Shown here: positions 51,061 to 64,000 of the stretch, piece by piece
Numbering within the stretch: position 1 is the first letter of the stretch
Layout: every line of letters begins with the position of its first letter
NCBI RefSeq assembly: GCF_006345805.1
Contig: NC_043006.1
Location: 65,348,001-65,412,000, forward strand
Length of the DNA: 64,000 bases
DNA from: Octopus sinensis
Taxonomy: Eukaryota
Direction of reading: 5' to 3'
Translations under genes and position numbers: made by a program
The notes under the pieces: model-generated
The model's database searches: none
The model's input: only the letters and a program-made list of their open reading frames with translations
What the model was told of the DNA's origin: nothing

Positions 51061-53049
51061 TCCTCTCTTAGGATTTAAAAAAAAGACTTTTTGTATCTTT
51101 TATTGTTATAATGTGGATCCTCATCCACTTCGTATGTTATTGTCGACACTGCAATATTCTTGTCGCCACTAATCTGTTGTGGCAGTATTCCTCATTTTAT
51201 TGTCTTTGACTCATCTGTTGTGCTATTGCTGATAGCTTCGCAAGACAATGACTTTGAAACCTCTACCTTGGTGGTAACTCGGACTTGTATATATCACGTA
51301 ACTAACACTGACTCCAACTGAGAACTTGTGCAACGACTCTATTACTACTGACCTCCTATAACAACTGATTGTCTGACTTTATACTGGGGTCAATCTAATT
51401 GACTTCCCCCCTTCCCCCCAAAATTCAGGCCTCGTGCCTAGAGTAGAAAACAATGTCCACTTTTCCAAAGGCAGCAAGCTGGCAGAAATGTTAGTACGCT
51501 GGGCAAAATGCTTAGCGGTATTTTGTCTGTCTTTACAGTCTGAGTTCAAATTCCGCCGAGGTCAACTTTACCTTTCATCCTTTCGGAGGGTCAATGAATT
51601 AAGTACCAGTTGCGTATTGAGGTCAATCTAATCGACTGGCCACCCCCTCTCCCCACAAAAATTTCAGGCCTTGTGCCTAGAGTAGAAAAGAATATTGTTG
51701 ATGATATGTCAATCCTTGTATCTTGTAGGGGTTTAGTGATAGGCAAGAGCCCCATTTTTTCATTGACTCAAGATGTCACTGGAGATCAATTGATTGGTCG
51801 AGTCTGGAGGAATTTCACCTTGAGGATTATGGACACTTCTAGAAATCCTTAGTCTGACACTATGGGTACAGAGAGGCTGTATGTTAGGCTTGTTCAAGTT
51901 GCTCATTGAGTGATGAAACCATTCTTCATGTGTTCTTTCTGTGTCTTAGCATTGCTGACTTGTGGAGTTATGTCAAACAGCTGTTGTCGCATGTAAGAAG
52001 GATCCAGTTATCAGGCAAATCTATTGTAAAAGTACCCTAACTCCTTCCTTTGTTTGGGAAGGGCAGACAGTTTTGTTTTGTTGCAATGGTAAAAGAAGTC
52101 GTATAGCAGTGAAAATGGAAAGAATTGAGAACAGACACTTTCCTCTTTGACTAATTTCTCTCCAAATTCTTCATGTATTCCTATGAGAAGGAGTTGAGGA
52201 TGACTTAAATGGTCGGTGAGAGAGAGAGGTGAATGTGGCTTGAGTGGATGGGTTTACTCTCTGCATGGATCTGTAGACTGAAGAACATATCTGTTCTTGT
52301 TTACCACACGAGTTGGGTTCTAAAAAAACCGGTGATAAATGAAACAGTAGTAGATGAATCATCGCCACACATTTTATAAATGGAAATGAATGGTAGATTC
52401 ATTGATACCAAACTCGTGGCCCACCGTATGAAGCTTCAACCATCACATTCTGGATTATCCGTATATTTTCTTGTATAGAATACACCATCTGAGTCATTTG
52501 TTAGAATCAAGCATCTTTGTATATTTTCTGTTCACTGGTTCCATATTGATGGGTACAAGTACATAAATCTGTATAAAAAAGATACACAGCATCACAGAAG
52601 AATCATGTGAATGCATTCTGGGTAGTTCAACACTGTTGGGTGGCCACTTGTGAGGTTGCTCCTTTCTGGTATTCCATGAAAAACATGTCTTGCTATGAGA
52701 AAATATTACCTTACTTGGAAACAGATGAGAGTTGACAACAGGGAGAGTATTGAATCATAGAAAGTCTGCCTCAACAAAGTCTGACCCATGTAAGCATAGA
52801 AAATCATCATCACCACCATCGTCGTCGTCATCATCATCATCATCATTTAATGTCTGTTTTTCATACTAGCATGGGTCGGACAGTTTGATGGAAGCTTGCA
52901 AGTTGGAGAGCTGCACCAAGGTCCAATTGCCAGTTTTGGTATGATTTCTACAGTTGGATGTCCTTCCTTCCTAATGCCAACCACTTTACAGAGTGTACTG
53001 GATTCTTTTTCATGGCACCAGTACTGTCGTGGCATAAAATGATAACGAT

Positions 53050-53470
53050 AAGTTAGTATTGTAGTAAACCTGTGGGTTGCACCATCACACCGACAATGTT
53101 ATTGTAATCTAGACACCTCACACCAAGCTGACACTGACTTTCTAGATAGGGACCTCAAAAAATATTCTCCCGTGGAATCATGTCAGTCATTTCTCCTTCA
53201 ATACAAGTAGATATTATCACTTGCCATTAAACACAAACAGCATGCAACTAAAATTTTCAAGGTTGCTACAGAAATTATGCCTCACATTGAAAATCTATCC
53301 TGGTGAATACACATCTTCAGGCTAGAATACTTTATCCTCACGACTACCACCGGACCTCTGCCAAGCTCCAGTGAGACGCACAATGGCGTAATGTTCCTAT
53401 GTCTGGAGTTTTGTTGCTACTCTACATAACAGACATCTTAGGCTGCATTTATAGACAGACCATTTTATTG
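53050..53470 (+). mobile_element. Degraded CR1/L2-type RT C-terminal fragment
   Basis: LCQAPVRRTMA*CSYVW resembles the LYKAQVRPxMEYCSHIW motif. Confidence 0.45.
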
Positions 53471-54499
53471 ATTGACTTGAAGTAATTCACAAACATACTC
53501 TAACTTTTGACCCATAGACATGCTGTCTCCTCTTTCTGCTTTTTCTACTATAATGGCTTCTGCTCTTTAGTGCTGACTCATGTAAGTGCAACTCAAGTAA
53601 TCTTTACTCATGTGTCTCATCTGTTGTCATCCATATTGCTTTTTCCCCTAACCAGGCCTTGCACTAATCAATCTGACGTGTCCTTTCTCCCTTGACCATT
53701 GTCCTTCTAGTATTCCCTTTCTGCCATTAGTGTTTTTTATGCAGCTCTGAACTTGTAAATGTCCAAGAGGGCTATGAAAGGCCTTACTTTCTGTGCACAG
53801 CCCTTTTTTTCTGACCAAACCAATAACAAAAATAGAAAAAGAAACAGTTTTGTACTCATTGTTTCATACTTAAAATCCCTATCTCTCTGGCCATATTTGC
53901 AGAGTGTTTGGGCTGAATTTAATGATTTTTTTTTTATGGCTCCTTTTTTCAGGAACATCTTGATGCATTGGTGAATAGTCAACAACACTGAAGTGCATAA
54001 AGATTAAAATTGTAGTTGGGAAGAAGTTAGCTCATATGGAGGACTGGAAACCATCTGAATATTGGAAAAGATTTACTTGTATCACAATGATTTGCACTGG
54101 GTATGAAAATGTTGACATGACTCCTGCTCAATGCTCTGTGAAAGCTCTAAGATGTGGCATGGACAGCTGCAACAGAGACTACGAAGACATGGCTAGTAGG
54201 AAGGGATACAGTAGGCGTTCTGACTCTTAACCACAAAGCAAGGTGGTAGAAAAGCCAAACAATGGAATCCGAACTTTGACAAGAGAGATGAGTGTTAGAG
54301 TCACCACCATGAAGCTAGCCCTGACTGAGGACTTTTGCTACTACTGATATAAGTGGTGCAAGGACAAATTCTGACAACCAAGGAAAACTGCTCGAAGGCA
54401 GAGAAGCACCTGAATAAACTGAGGCAACCTGTTGAGCTGGGGATGATCTGATTTTTCTCAAATGGAAAGAGCTTCTGTTAGGACAAGTCGCACAACACC

Positions 54500-54640
54500 C
54501 AGAACAACAGGTGGCTTACCTACAGTCCATGTGATGTCCCATGTATCATGAAAACTTAGTTCCCTCAAACTGTGATGGTTGCTGGGTGTATCTCCAACGA
54601 GGGTGATGTCATACCACCTAGTTCAGTGAATCATTTGTTT
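54500..54640 (+). mobile_element. maT transposase fragment
   Basis: KT*FPQTVMVAGCISNEGDVIPP is homologous to the motif at 46.7 kb. Confidence 0.6.
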
Positions 54641-54861
54641 GAATGTTGCCCTCTTCTTATTACTTCAAGTTTGTTGGAGTTGCTTCTGCCGTCACTACTG
54701 ATCACTCATGTTGTTTTCAACAGGAGGCCCATCACACACTCACACACACACATCTATATATGTGTGTATTGGCTATGTATGTGTATATATATATATATAT
54801 ATATGTATCATGTGTTTGCTTATGTATATATGTTTTGTAAGCCTGTGAATATCTATATATA

Positions 54862-55200
54862 CACAGGTGCAGGAGTGGGTGTGTGGTAAGTAGCTTGCTT
54901 AACAACTACACAGTTCTAGGTTCAGTCCCAATGTGTGGCACTTTGGCTAAGTGTCTTCTACTATAGCCTCAGGCAGACCAAAGCCTTGTGAGTGGATTTG
55001 GTAGATGGAAACTGAAAGAAGCCTGTCTATATGTGTGTGTGTGTTTGTGTTGTTCCCGTAACTTAGCAGTTTGGCAAAAGAGACTGATAGAATAAGTACG
55101 AGGCTTACAAAGAATAAGTCCTGGGGTCGATTTGTTTGACTAAGGGCAGTGCTCCAGCATGGCCGCAGCCAAATGACAGAAGCAAATAAGAGAATAAAAG
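54862..55200 (+). mobile_element. SINE family A copy with internal deletion
   Basis: It has a colinear head and tail. Confidence 0.88.
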
Positions 55201-55204
55201 AATA

Positions 55205-55660
55205 TCAGCCTCGCCTGGCCCCCGTGCCGGTGACACGTAAAAGCACCGTCCGTTCGTGGCCGTTTGCCAGCTCTGTCTGGCCCCGTGTCGGTGGCACGTA
55301 AAAGCACCATTCGTTCGTGTTCGTTGCCAGCCTCGGCTGGCCCCCGTGCCGGTGGCACGTAAATGCACTATCCGTTCGTGTCTGTTGCCAGCATCGCCTG
55401 GCCCCGTGCCGGTGACACGTAAAAGCACCATCCGTTCGTGGCTGTTTGCCAGCTCTGTCTGGCACCTGTGCAGGTGGCACATAAAAAACACCCACTACAC
55501 TCGCGGAGTGGTTGGCGTTAGGAAGGGCATCCAGCCGTAGAAACATTGCCAGATCTGACTGGGCCTGACGAAGCCTTCCAGCTTCACAGACCCCAGTTGA
55601 CCCATCCAACCCATGCTAGCATGGAAAACGGACGCTAAATGATGATGATGATGATGATGT
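55205..55660 (+). mobile_element. Young RTE-tail copy with five ~60-bp tandem modules and (GAT)n tail
   Basis: GTGCCGGTGRCACGTAAAAGCACC recurs at about 55224, 55285, 55346, 55406 and 55467, and CpGs are retained. Many shorter tail copies occur, e.g. 13113-13255(-), 23330-23580, 27100-27320(-), 27590-27790, 33200-33610, 43058-43300(-), 47620-47790 and 52820-53030(-). Confidence 0.85.
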
Positions 55661-56073
55661 CTGTATGCATGTATGTGTATCTTTTACTTGTTCCAGTCAT
55701 TAGATTGTGGCCATGCTGGGGCATCACCTTGAAGAATTTTACTTTAGATTAACAAAACAACCTCAGTACTTACTTTTTAAAAGTCCGGTATCTATTACTA
55801 TTAGTCTTTTCAGCTGAACCACTAAGTTATGAGGACACAGACACACTAACACTAGTTCTCAAATGGTAGTAGGGAACAAATACAGACACACACATGACCG
55901 GTCTTCTTTCTGTTTCCATTTGCCAAGTCCACTCACAAGGTGCTTTGGTTAGCCTGAAGCTGTAGTGGAAGACATTTACCCAAGCAAACATCTTGCGACA
56001 TAGTTGTGCCTGTGCATACAGATATAAATGTATAGACCCCATCAGTGCAGGTTCCACTTAAAAAGCACCCATT

Positions 56074-56680
56074 TCACACTGTAAAGTGGTTGGTGTTAGG
56101 AAGGGCATCCAGCTGTAAAAACCTTACCAAAACTGACCTTGTCTGTGCTTGTGCCACATAAAAAGCATTAAGTCCACTCTGCTGAGTGGCTTGTGTTAGA
56201 AGGGCATCTAGCTGTAAAAACCTTGCCAAAACTGACCTCACCCATGCTTGTGCCACGTAAAAAAGCACTACTAACCTTGCCTGTGCTTGTGCCATGTAAA
56301 ACGCACTAAATCCACTCTGCTGAGTGGTTGCTGTTTGGAAGGGCATCCAGCTGGAAAAACCTTACCAAAACTGATCTCGCCCATGCTTGTGCCAATTAAA
56401 AAAGCACTAAGTCCACTCTGCTGAGTGGTTGGGTTTCGGAAGGGCATCCAGCTGTAAAAACCTTGCCAAAACTGACCTCGCCAGTGCTTGTGCCATGTAA
56501 AAAGCATTAAGTCCACTCTGCTGAGTGATTGGTGTTAGGAAGGGCATCCAACTGTAAAAATCCTTCCAAAACAGTCACAGAAGTCTGGGGCAGGCTTCGA
56601 CCTGGCTGGCTCTTGTGGCACTGTCCCACCCAAGCCAGCATGGAAGACGGACGTTAAATGATGATGATGATGATGATGAT
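56074..56680 (+). repeat. Tandem array (about 5 copies of ~100 bp) within an RTE-tail copy
   Basis: AAGGGCATC(C/T)AGCTG(T/G)AAAAACCTT recurs at about 56101, 56199, 56339, 56440 and 56540. Confidence 0.85.
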
Positions 56681-56754
56681 ATCTACATGTATGTCTGTAT
56701 GCTTATGTGTTGTTCCTTTTATTCTTTAATAATTTACATTTCCATTCCATTTAG

Positions 56755-56834
56755 GTTTACTTAACTTGGTGGATCTCTTCCAATGGTTCTTGGAGGAATC
56801 AACATGTTTGCTGATTCTCAAATGTTTTGATTAG
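56755..56834 (+). other. Candidate 80-nt non-coding internal exon
   Basis: A pyrimidine-rich acceptor (TTTCCATTCCATTTAG) and a consensus donor (TAG/GTAAGT) flank unique sequence. All three frames contain stops. Confidence 0.3.
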
Positions 56835-57991
56835 GTAAGTACCAAAACTGTATTCTTCTTTTTCTCTCATCTTATTTGCCTTATTTACAAAATCTTTTTT
56901 GGCTTCTACCTTTTCTTTCTATGTTTAAGCCAGCCAGATCCAGCCTCTCACACTCATCCTACAATATCATTCTAAAAATAAACAATCACATCATTGAAAT
57001 CTCAAAGCTATGAGATAATGCATCATTAATTCAAAACAATATGATTAAATAAGCCTTACATTTGACAGAGTAATCTGAATGCTAAAGGGCAAGACATTTA
57101 GTTTCTTCAGGCTATTACCATTCCATGATTTTCCTCACCATTCCAGTTGCCACCTTAATGGCTGCCATTGTCACCACCACCACCACCACCATCATCATCA
57201 TCAACCTGCTTGGAAGATCACATTGGTCTTCAAGGTATTTTATGCATTGTTCATAGCAGGATGGTTGGTCTCTGTTGGAGTGTCTTTGATTGCAGATCTG
57301 TTTAATCATAATTCTGATCATAGATCTACTTAAGACTGACGCAGGGCTTTACCACTGCTACTGCCACAGCATCATGACCCAGTATATGGGTCATTGTGTG
57401 GTTGCTTGACCGCAAAGAAATAGCCACCAAGTCTTCCTCAAACTACACCCTACTGTCTAAGACAAAAACACATAATCATCATTGTTTTAATGACATGTTT
57501 CATGGAAGCTGAAAAACAAATGACACCACTTGTATGGCTGTGACACAACTATCATGTGCTGTCAAGGCTTGGAGATGATAACACACACATGCATGCACAT
57601 GCACACACACACACACACAATAGGCTTCTGTCAGTTTCCATCTACCAAATCTACTCACAGGGCTTTGGTTGGTCTGGGGCTATAGTGGAAGACATATGCC
57701 TAGGATGCCACACAGTAGGACTGAACCCGATACCATGTGGTTGAAAAAACAGATTTCTTATCGCACTGCCACATCTATATGCAGATTTATACAACAGCAC
57801 CATCACACCACATAGGCGCAAGAGTGGCTGTGTGGTAAGTAGCTTTCTTACGAACCACATGGTTCCGGGTTCAGTCCTACTGCGTGGCATCTTGGGCAAG
57901 TGTCTTCTACTATAGCCTTGGGCCGACCAAAGTCTTGTGAGTGGATTTGGTAGATGGAAACTGAAATAAGCCCATCATATATATGTATATA

Positions 57992-59621
57992 CAGTTGCGG
58001 CCAAAATTTTCAGAACGGCATTGTTTTCGTCAGAAAAGTAGGTATAAGTTTTTATCAAAGTTGTTTTATTTTCTATAATTTTCACAGACAATAAATACGA
58101 TATTAATTGTTATTGTCTGAGATTTTGGTGTAATTTGAGAGGATAATACAAAAGTTATGGATGATTTAGTGATTTACTGCAAAACCCATGGCGGCCAAAA
58201 TGATCAGAACGGTTGCTTTTACTCCGTGTTTTAGTATATTTAACCGGTAAACTCTAATGTTTTGAATTTGTTTACCTAACGGTTCGTTTACTAAACATTA
58301 GTAAGAGTATCTGCAGTGTACTTTGTTAATATAATGCCACTTACTTGGTTACCAATTCGTCAGCAGATTATTAAGCTTCAAAAGAAAGATAATTTAAGTA
58401 TTAGGTCTATTGCAAAGATTGTTAACAAGTGAAAAAGTGTTGTTCATGGTATTCTTAAGGTCTACGATGATTGTAGTTCGTGTAGGGCAAGAAAGTCTAC
58501 AGGTAGGCCAAGAAAAACGACCAAAAGAGAAGATCATGCTATGATAAAGTTGGTTAAAAAGGACAGATTTAAAACTGCTGCTGCTGTTTCTCGGGAAATG
58601 AGCATTGTACTGAAGAAAACTTTATCTCGAAAAACTGTGTCTCGTCATTTAGTTGAACATGACCTACAAGCAAGAGCACCTGCAGTGAAGCCACTGATCA
58701 TCTCCAAGAATAAAAAGTGTCGTCTTATCTTTGCAACCGAACATGTGTTGTGGTCTCAAGAAAAATGGCAAACGGTGCATTTCAGTGATGAATCTAAGTT
58801 TATGTTATTTGGCTCAGATGGGAAAAGTAGAAAAGTAGAAAAGTAGGTGAAAAATTGTCGCCTAAATGCCTTAAGACTAGTTTTAAATTCGGTGAAGGAA
58901 GTGTCATAGTTTGGGGGATGATATCTGGAGATGGTGTGGGCCCTTTGGTGCGATTACATGGGAAGGTAAATGCAGGAGTTTATAAACAACTTGTAAAAGA
59001 TCATGTCTTGCCTGTGCTGAGAAATTCAACCAAGTGATCACCCATATTCATGCAGGACAATGACCCATGTCACAAGGCTAAGGTGGTCATGAACTTTCTC
59101 AAGGCTGAAAAGGTTATTGTTATGGATTGGCTTGCTCAAAGCCCAGATCTTAATCCTATTGAAAATGTGTGGAATATTCTAGGAAAACGTTCGAAAGCCA
59201 GAAATCCTAAAACAACTGAGCAATTATGGAATGCCCTTCAGGAAGAATGGAATAAGATCACCCAGCAAGAAATTGAAAATTTATTTTCCTCATGCAGTCG
59301 AAGATGTTGAAGTGTGATTGAAGCTAAAGGGCTTCACACTAAATATTAAATAATTCCAGTATTCTCTGTCATTTTTGATTATTTTGTTATTTTTTTTCAA
59401 CCGTTTTGATCATTTTAGCCGCCATGGGCTTTGCAGTAAATCACTAAATCATCCATAACTTTTGTATTATCCTCTCAAATTACACCAAAATCCCAGACAA
59501 TAATAATTAATATCGTATTTATTGTCTGTGAAAATTATAGAAAATAAAACGACATTGATAAAAACTTATACCTACTTTTCTGACAAAAACAATGCCGTTC
59601 TGAACATTTTGGCCGCAACTG
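57992..59621 (+). mobile_element. Near full-length Tc1-family DNA transposon (DD34E), IR/DR type, inserted in the TA tract of a SINE
   Basis: Inverted repeats of about 223 bp (57992-58214 and 59399-59621) begin CAGTTGCGGCCAAAA and are flanked by TA on both sides. Each contains an inner and outer direct repeat GGCCAAAATnnTCAGAACGG. A transposase lies between them. Confidence 0.95.
58334..59349 (+). pseudogene. Tc1 transposase, disrupted by several in-frame stops and a frameshift/deletion near 58830
   Basis: Translation gives MPLTWLPIRQQIIKLQ..GRPRKTT..HFSDESKF..GSVIVWGMIS..FMQDNDPCH..QSPDLNPIENVW..EAKGLHTKY*. I count 34 residues between the D of QDN and the E of NPIE (DD34E). Confidence 0.93.
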
Positions 59622-60459
59622 TATATATATGTATGTGTGTCTGTGTGTTTGTCCCCCAACATCGCTTGACAACCAATGGTGGTGTGTTTACATCCCCATA
59701 ACTTAGCGGTTTGGCAAAAGAGACCGGTAGAATAAGTACTAGGCTTACAAAGAATAAGTCCTGGGGTCAATTTGCTCAACTAAAGGCGGTGCTTCAGCAT
59801 GGCCGCCGTCAAATGACTGAAACAAGTAAAAAAGTAATGAGTAAAGAGTATACATGCATAGGCTTGAGTGTATGGTTAAGAAATTTACTTGTCAATCACA
59901 TGGTTTTGATTTCAATTTCACTATGCATTACTTTGGGCAACTGTTTTCTGCTATAGCCCCAGGCTGACTGATACCTCGCAGGAATTTGATAGATGGAAAC
60001 TGAAAGAAGTATATATATATATATATATGTTTGTGTGTCTGTATTTGTCCCCTCACCATTGCTTGACAACCAATGTTGGTGTGATTACGTCCCCCGTAAC
60101 TTAGCGGTTTGGCAAAAGGGTTTGATAGAATAAGTACTGGGCTTATGAAGAATGAGTCCTAGGGTTGATTCGTTTGACTAAAGGTGGTGCTCCAACATGG
60201 CTGCAGTCAAAGAATATATACATGCTCACACATTTACTGATACATTTAGAAGCATATAAACCCAACGTACATATAAGCATGCACTATGTATTATGTATTT
60301 ATTCTTCAGCAAAACACCCATATCTGTCCCCTCTATATCTTAAACCTCTCAACCGGCACAAATCCATACGCCGTCAATACTATTCCTGCTTTCTCAGTTG
60401 AAAAATTTTTGTCTTTCAAGGTACTTGGTAACCCAGTTATTGTTGGTGTCACATTAAAA

Positions 60460-60745
60460 GCAATGGTGCTGGTTCCACATAAAAAGCACTGGTGCAGGTT
60501 CCACAGAAAAAAGCACTGGTGATGGTGCAATGTAAAAGCACTGCTGCTGGTTCTACATAAAATGCACTGGTGCTGGTGCCATGTAAAAAGCAATGGTGCT
60601 GGTACCACGTAGAATACACTTGTGCTGGTGTCACATAAAAGCAATGGAGCCTTGTGCTTCCCCTGGCCTCCTTACCAGCTCCTGTCAAACCATCCAACCC
60701 ATATCAGAATGGAAAACAAACATTAAACAATGATGATGATGACAA
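60460..60745 (+). repeat. Minisatellite (~22-24 bp, about 8 copies) within an RTE-tail copy
   Basis: TGGTGCTGGT(G/T)CCA(C/T)(A/G)TAAAAAGCAC is repeated. Confidence 0.8.
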
Positions 60746-62105
60746 ACATTGCTATTTATGCTTACACAAATGCATACGGATATACATACATGCTCACACA
60801 TGTACTGATATAATTACAAGCATGCATACTTGAGGCACATAGAATCACACACACACACACACACACACACACAATGTGTCCGTTCTGTTACACTGGTTTG
60901 GTTAGAGTGTAGAGAGCTTAGAGCAATTCTTAACTTTTTCTCAAGATACATACACAAGCACTCACGTTCTTACATGTGTGCACACTCACACACATCTGTC
61001 CAAATGCATGTATATTCATGCATATACTCATGTCCACTCATGCTCATACATGTACACACCCACGCTCTCTCAGATACATAAGTACATCTCCACACACACA
61101 CATACAATATTGTTTGCTTTGAACAAAGCTCTGTCATATTAGTGGTGGTGGTGGTGTTTTGTACCAAGGGTGTCTGCATTGGTGGTTGTGATGTCTGTAG
61201 TAGTTATGATGGCAGTGTCGGTGGGGGTAGTAATAGCTGTCAGCAGTAGTGGTGGTGGTGATAGTGATGTTTATAAGGAGAGAACCCTGTCTTGGTAACG
61301 ACATCTATGGTAGTGACAGTAATTGTGTTCGTCATGATATCATTGTTGTTTGGGTCTAGTTGTTGTTGTTGTTTAGCCCCAGGAGATCCCCTGATTGACA
61401 GGAAGATTTATAATCAAAAACATTCCATGACCATCTTGTATCTTTTTAGTGGTATCTACACTTGTTTTATACTTTAGCTCCATATGGAATCTAGGCCATT
61501 AATTGCTTTTTTCCACTGTTCTTAACTTTGGGCCATTTTTTCTGTTCCTCTTTAGTTGGGTCCTTGCTTTTTCAGCTCTCTCAGTATCCTGCTCCAGCTA
61601 TTTTTAAGGGTTAGGGTCCCCCCTTCCCCATCACAGTAGTTGCAGGTTTCTCCAATTGAGTCCTTGCTTTTTCAGCTCTGCCACAATATCCCACTTTCAG
61701 CTATTCTGAGACTGTCCTCTTTTCCCCTTCACTTTGGGTTTCAGGTTAAGGCCAAACGTGTAATGCAGGATGTTGGTTTCATTTCAGATTTTGCTGCACT
61801 GTATCATCTTTCCCTGAGGGAAGGTCTTCCTCTCCCACATTTTGTTGGTTTAGAACTGTCATCAATGCTTCTGTAACTGCTATTTTTCCTTCTAAGTAGG
61901 GATGTTGGCCCTACACAAAACCCATTTTTACCTCAGTGAAGAGGTGGTCCATAGTAGTCTGATCTCTGTCCTTTGACCTGTCCAGCAGGTGTGTGTGTGT
62001 GGGGTGGGGGCAATAGGACTTTGCACTCTGCTGTATCATATTGAGGCAGAGAAGCCACCACACTGCAACTAGGACCGAACCTTGTGCTGGTAGCAGTATC
62101 TAGGG

Positions 62106-62286
62106 CAGCGGTTCTCAATCCTGGCTCCGATAGCATCCTTTCAGCAGTCCTCAGTAGTCTTCCCTCTGTAAATATAATAAATTTTTCTTTAATTGATTTG
62201 TGTTTTACTTTTTCTGGTGTAGCCCCCTATAAAAAGAAACCAGTTTTTGGATCTAGCCCTGATATTAAAAAGGTCGAGAACCAATG
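62106..62286. mobile_element. hAT (Charlie-like) MITE
   Basis: TIRs are CAGCGGTTCTCAA and TCGAGAACCAATG. The 8-bp TSD is ATCTAGGG/ATCTGGGG (7/8 match). Confidence 0.75.
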
Positions 62287-64000
62287 ATCTGGGGTGACAT
62301 TAAATAATATATATCCTTTCCAAATTTAAGATAAACATGGAAAATGGACATTAAATGATGATGATGATGAATGATATGGGTGGTAGGTGAGTGTATCTTG
62401 GATTGGAATTAGTGATCAATAATCTGATTAAAACTTTTTTGTTGATGTTTTGGTGATGGTATTGGTGATAATGATGTTGTTTAACCTCAGGTTAGCTCTG
62501 ATCAAGGTCAAAGACAGCAAATATGGAACCATGTTATACAATGTATCATCATCGTCACCATCATCATCAGTATTTAGTATCCACTTTCTCATGTTTGCAT
62601 GGGTCAGACGGAATTCATTGAGGCAGATTTTCTGTGGCTGGATACCCTTCCTGTTGCCAATCTTCTGTTTCCAAGCAAAGTAATATTTCCCCACTGTCAG
62701 ATATATTTTTCACAGAAGATTAGAAACAAACAACCTCATTTGTAGGATGATAATGTCTAGACAAGGGCACACACACCACCATCATTGGTTAACATCTATT
62801 TTCCATGCTGGCATGGGTTGAACATTTTGACAAGAACCAATGGACAAGGGACCGCACCAAGCTCCCAATGACAACTTAGACATAGTTTCTTCAGATGAAT
62901 GCCCTCCTTAACAGCAGCCATTTCACAGCGTGTACTGGGTGCTTGTTATGTGACACCAACACTAGTTAGGTCACCAAGTGATGCGCAAGACAAGACCCCC
63001 TCAACAGAGATGGGGTATGTAGTATTAAAGGATGTAGCATTATATTAGCTGATGAGAGGCTAAGGTACGATACAAGAACAGAAACAGGTGTCTTGCAGTA
63101 GAGGAGATGCATGGCTATTTCGTGTGGAAAAAAAGAGAAGCAGGTTGCAATGAAGTGTAAGGACAGGCCCAAGGCTTTGGTCTGCTTGGGGCTAAATTGA
63201 GCAGCCTTATAGAAGCCTTCTACAGTAGCGTGCCTATCTCATAATGATTGCAGTGCTTGTTGTGAGTGATGGTCGGGGTGGGGTTTTTGCATATGGCATA
63301 AGGTCAGCCTGGTTGGAAGGACTTCAAATACAGAACTACATTGTCCCTTGGTGCAGTCAAGGCTGTATGGATATGGAGTTCACATTATAACCATATAATT
63401 TTGAGCTCAATCTCACTACATGACACCCTGGGCAAGTATCTTCTATGCTAGCCTTAGGCCTACCTTATAACTGGAATTGGTAGATGGAAACTGTATGGAA
63501 GCCTATCATGTATTTGAGTGTGTATCATCATTATTTTGCTGTCTAGTTTTTCATGCTTGCATGGGTTGGTTGGAGTTTATTGAAGCAAACTTTCTATAGC
63601 TGGGTACCCTTACTATTGCTAACCCTTCTTTCCAAGCAAGGTAATGTTTTCTCATGGCGAGATATGATTTCACAGAACATTGGAAATGATTGGCATTCAT
63701 TTACAACTATTATACAATGTCTAAAACAGCTACAAACATACATTCACACACACACACACACACACATGATGAGCGTCTTCCAGTTTCTATCTACCAAATC
63801 CACTCTCACAAGGCTTCAGTTGGTCAAGGGCTATAATAGAAGACACCTGTCTAAGGTACCATGCAGTGGGACTGAACCTAAAACCATGTGGGTGGGAAGC
63901 AAAGCCATGCCTGCATCTCTTACAAAGTACTTGAAGACCCTGTTGGTGCTGATTCTATGTAAAAGCACTGGTGATGGTGCTATGTAAAGTGGTTGGCATT

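Overview
This is AT-rich, microsatellite-laden eukaryotic DNA made almost entirely of transposable-element debris. The repeat make-up resembles an Octopus (coleoid cephalopod) genome; that is inferred from recalled SINE/LINE families, not from a database search. I found no intact host protein-coding exon. The ORF track consists of simple-repeat read-through and transposon fragments. Recognisable elements: (1) many copies of at least three tRNA-headed SINE families; (2) RTE-clade LINE fragments whose 3' tail ends in (GAT)n and carries variable tandem arrays; (3) CR1/L2 fragments; (4) a Penelope-like element (RT plus GIY-YIG) with a fold-back palindrome and hammerhead-like tail; (5) an LTR with a tRNA-Trp-type primer-binding site; (6) a near-complete IR/DR Tc1 (DD34E) transposon; (7) maT and mariner remnants; (8) hAT, pogo/Tigger-like and TTAA MITEs. 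A stretch of about 3.4 kb (34.3-37.7 kb) has no recognisable interspersed repeats and retains CpGs, so it looks like a promoter, with a few candidate non-coding exons downstream. I did not find a clearly novel multi-gene system. The most interesting items are structural: fold-back palindromes, a head-to-tail SINE array, modular VNTRs in the RTE tail, and candidate ribozyme motifs. Boundaries of degraded repeats are approximate.
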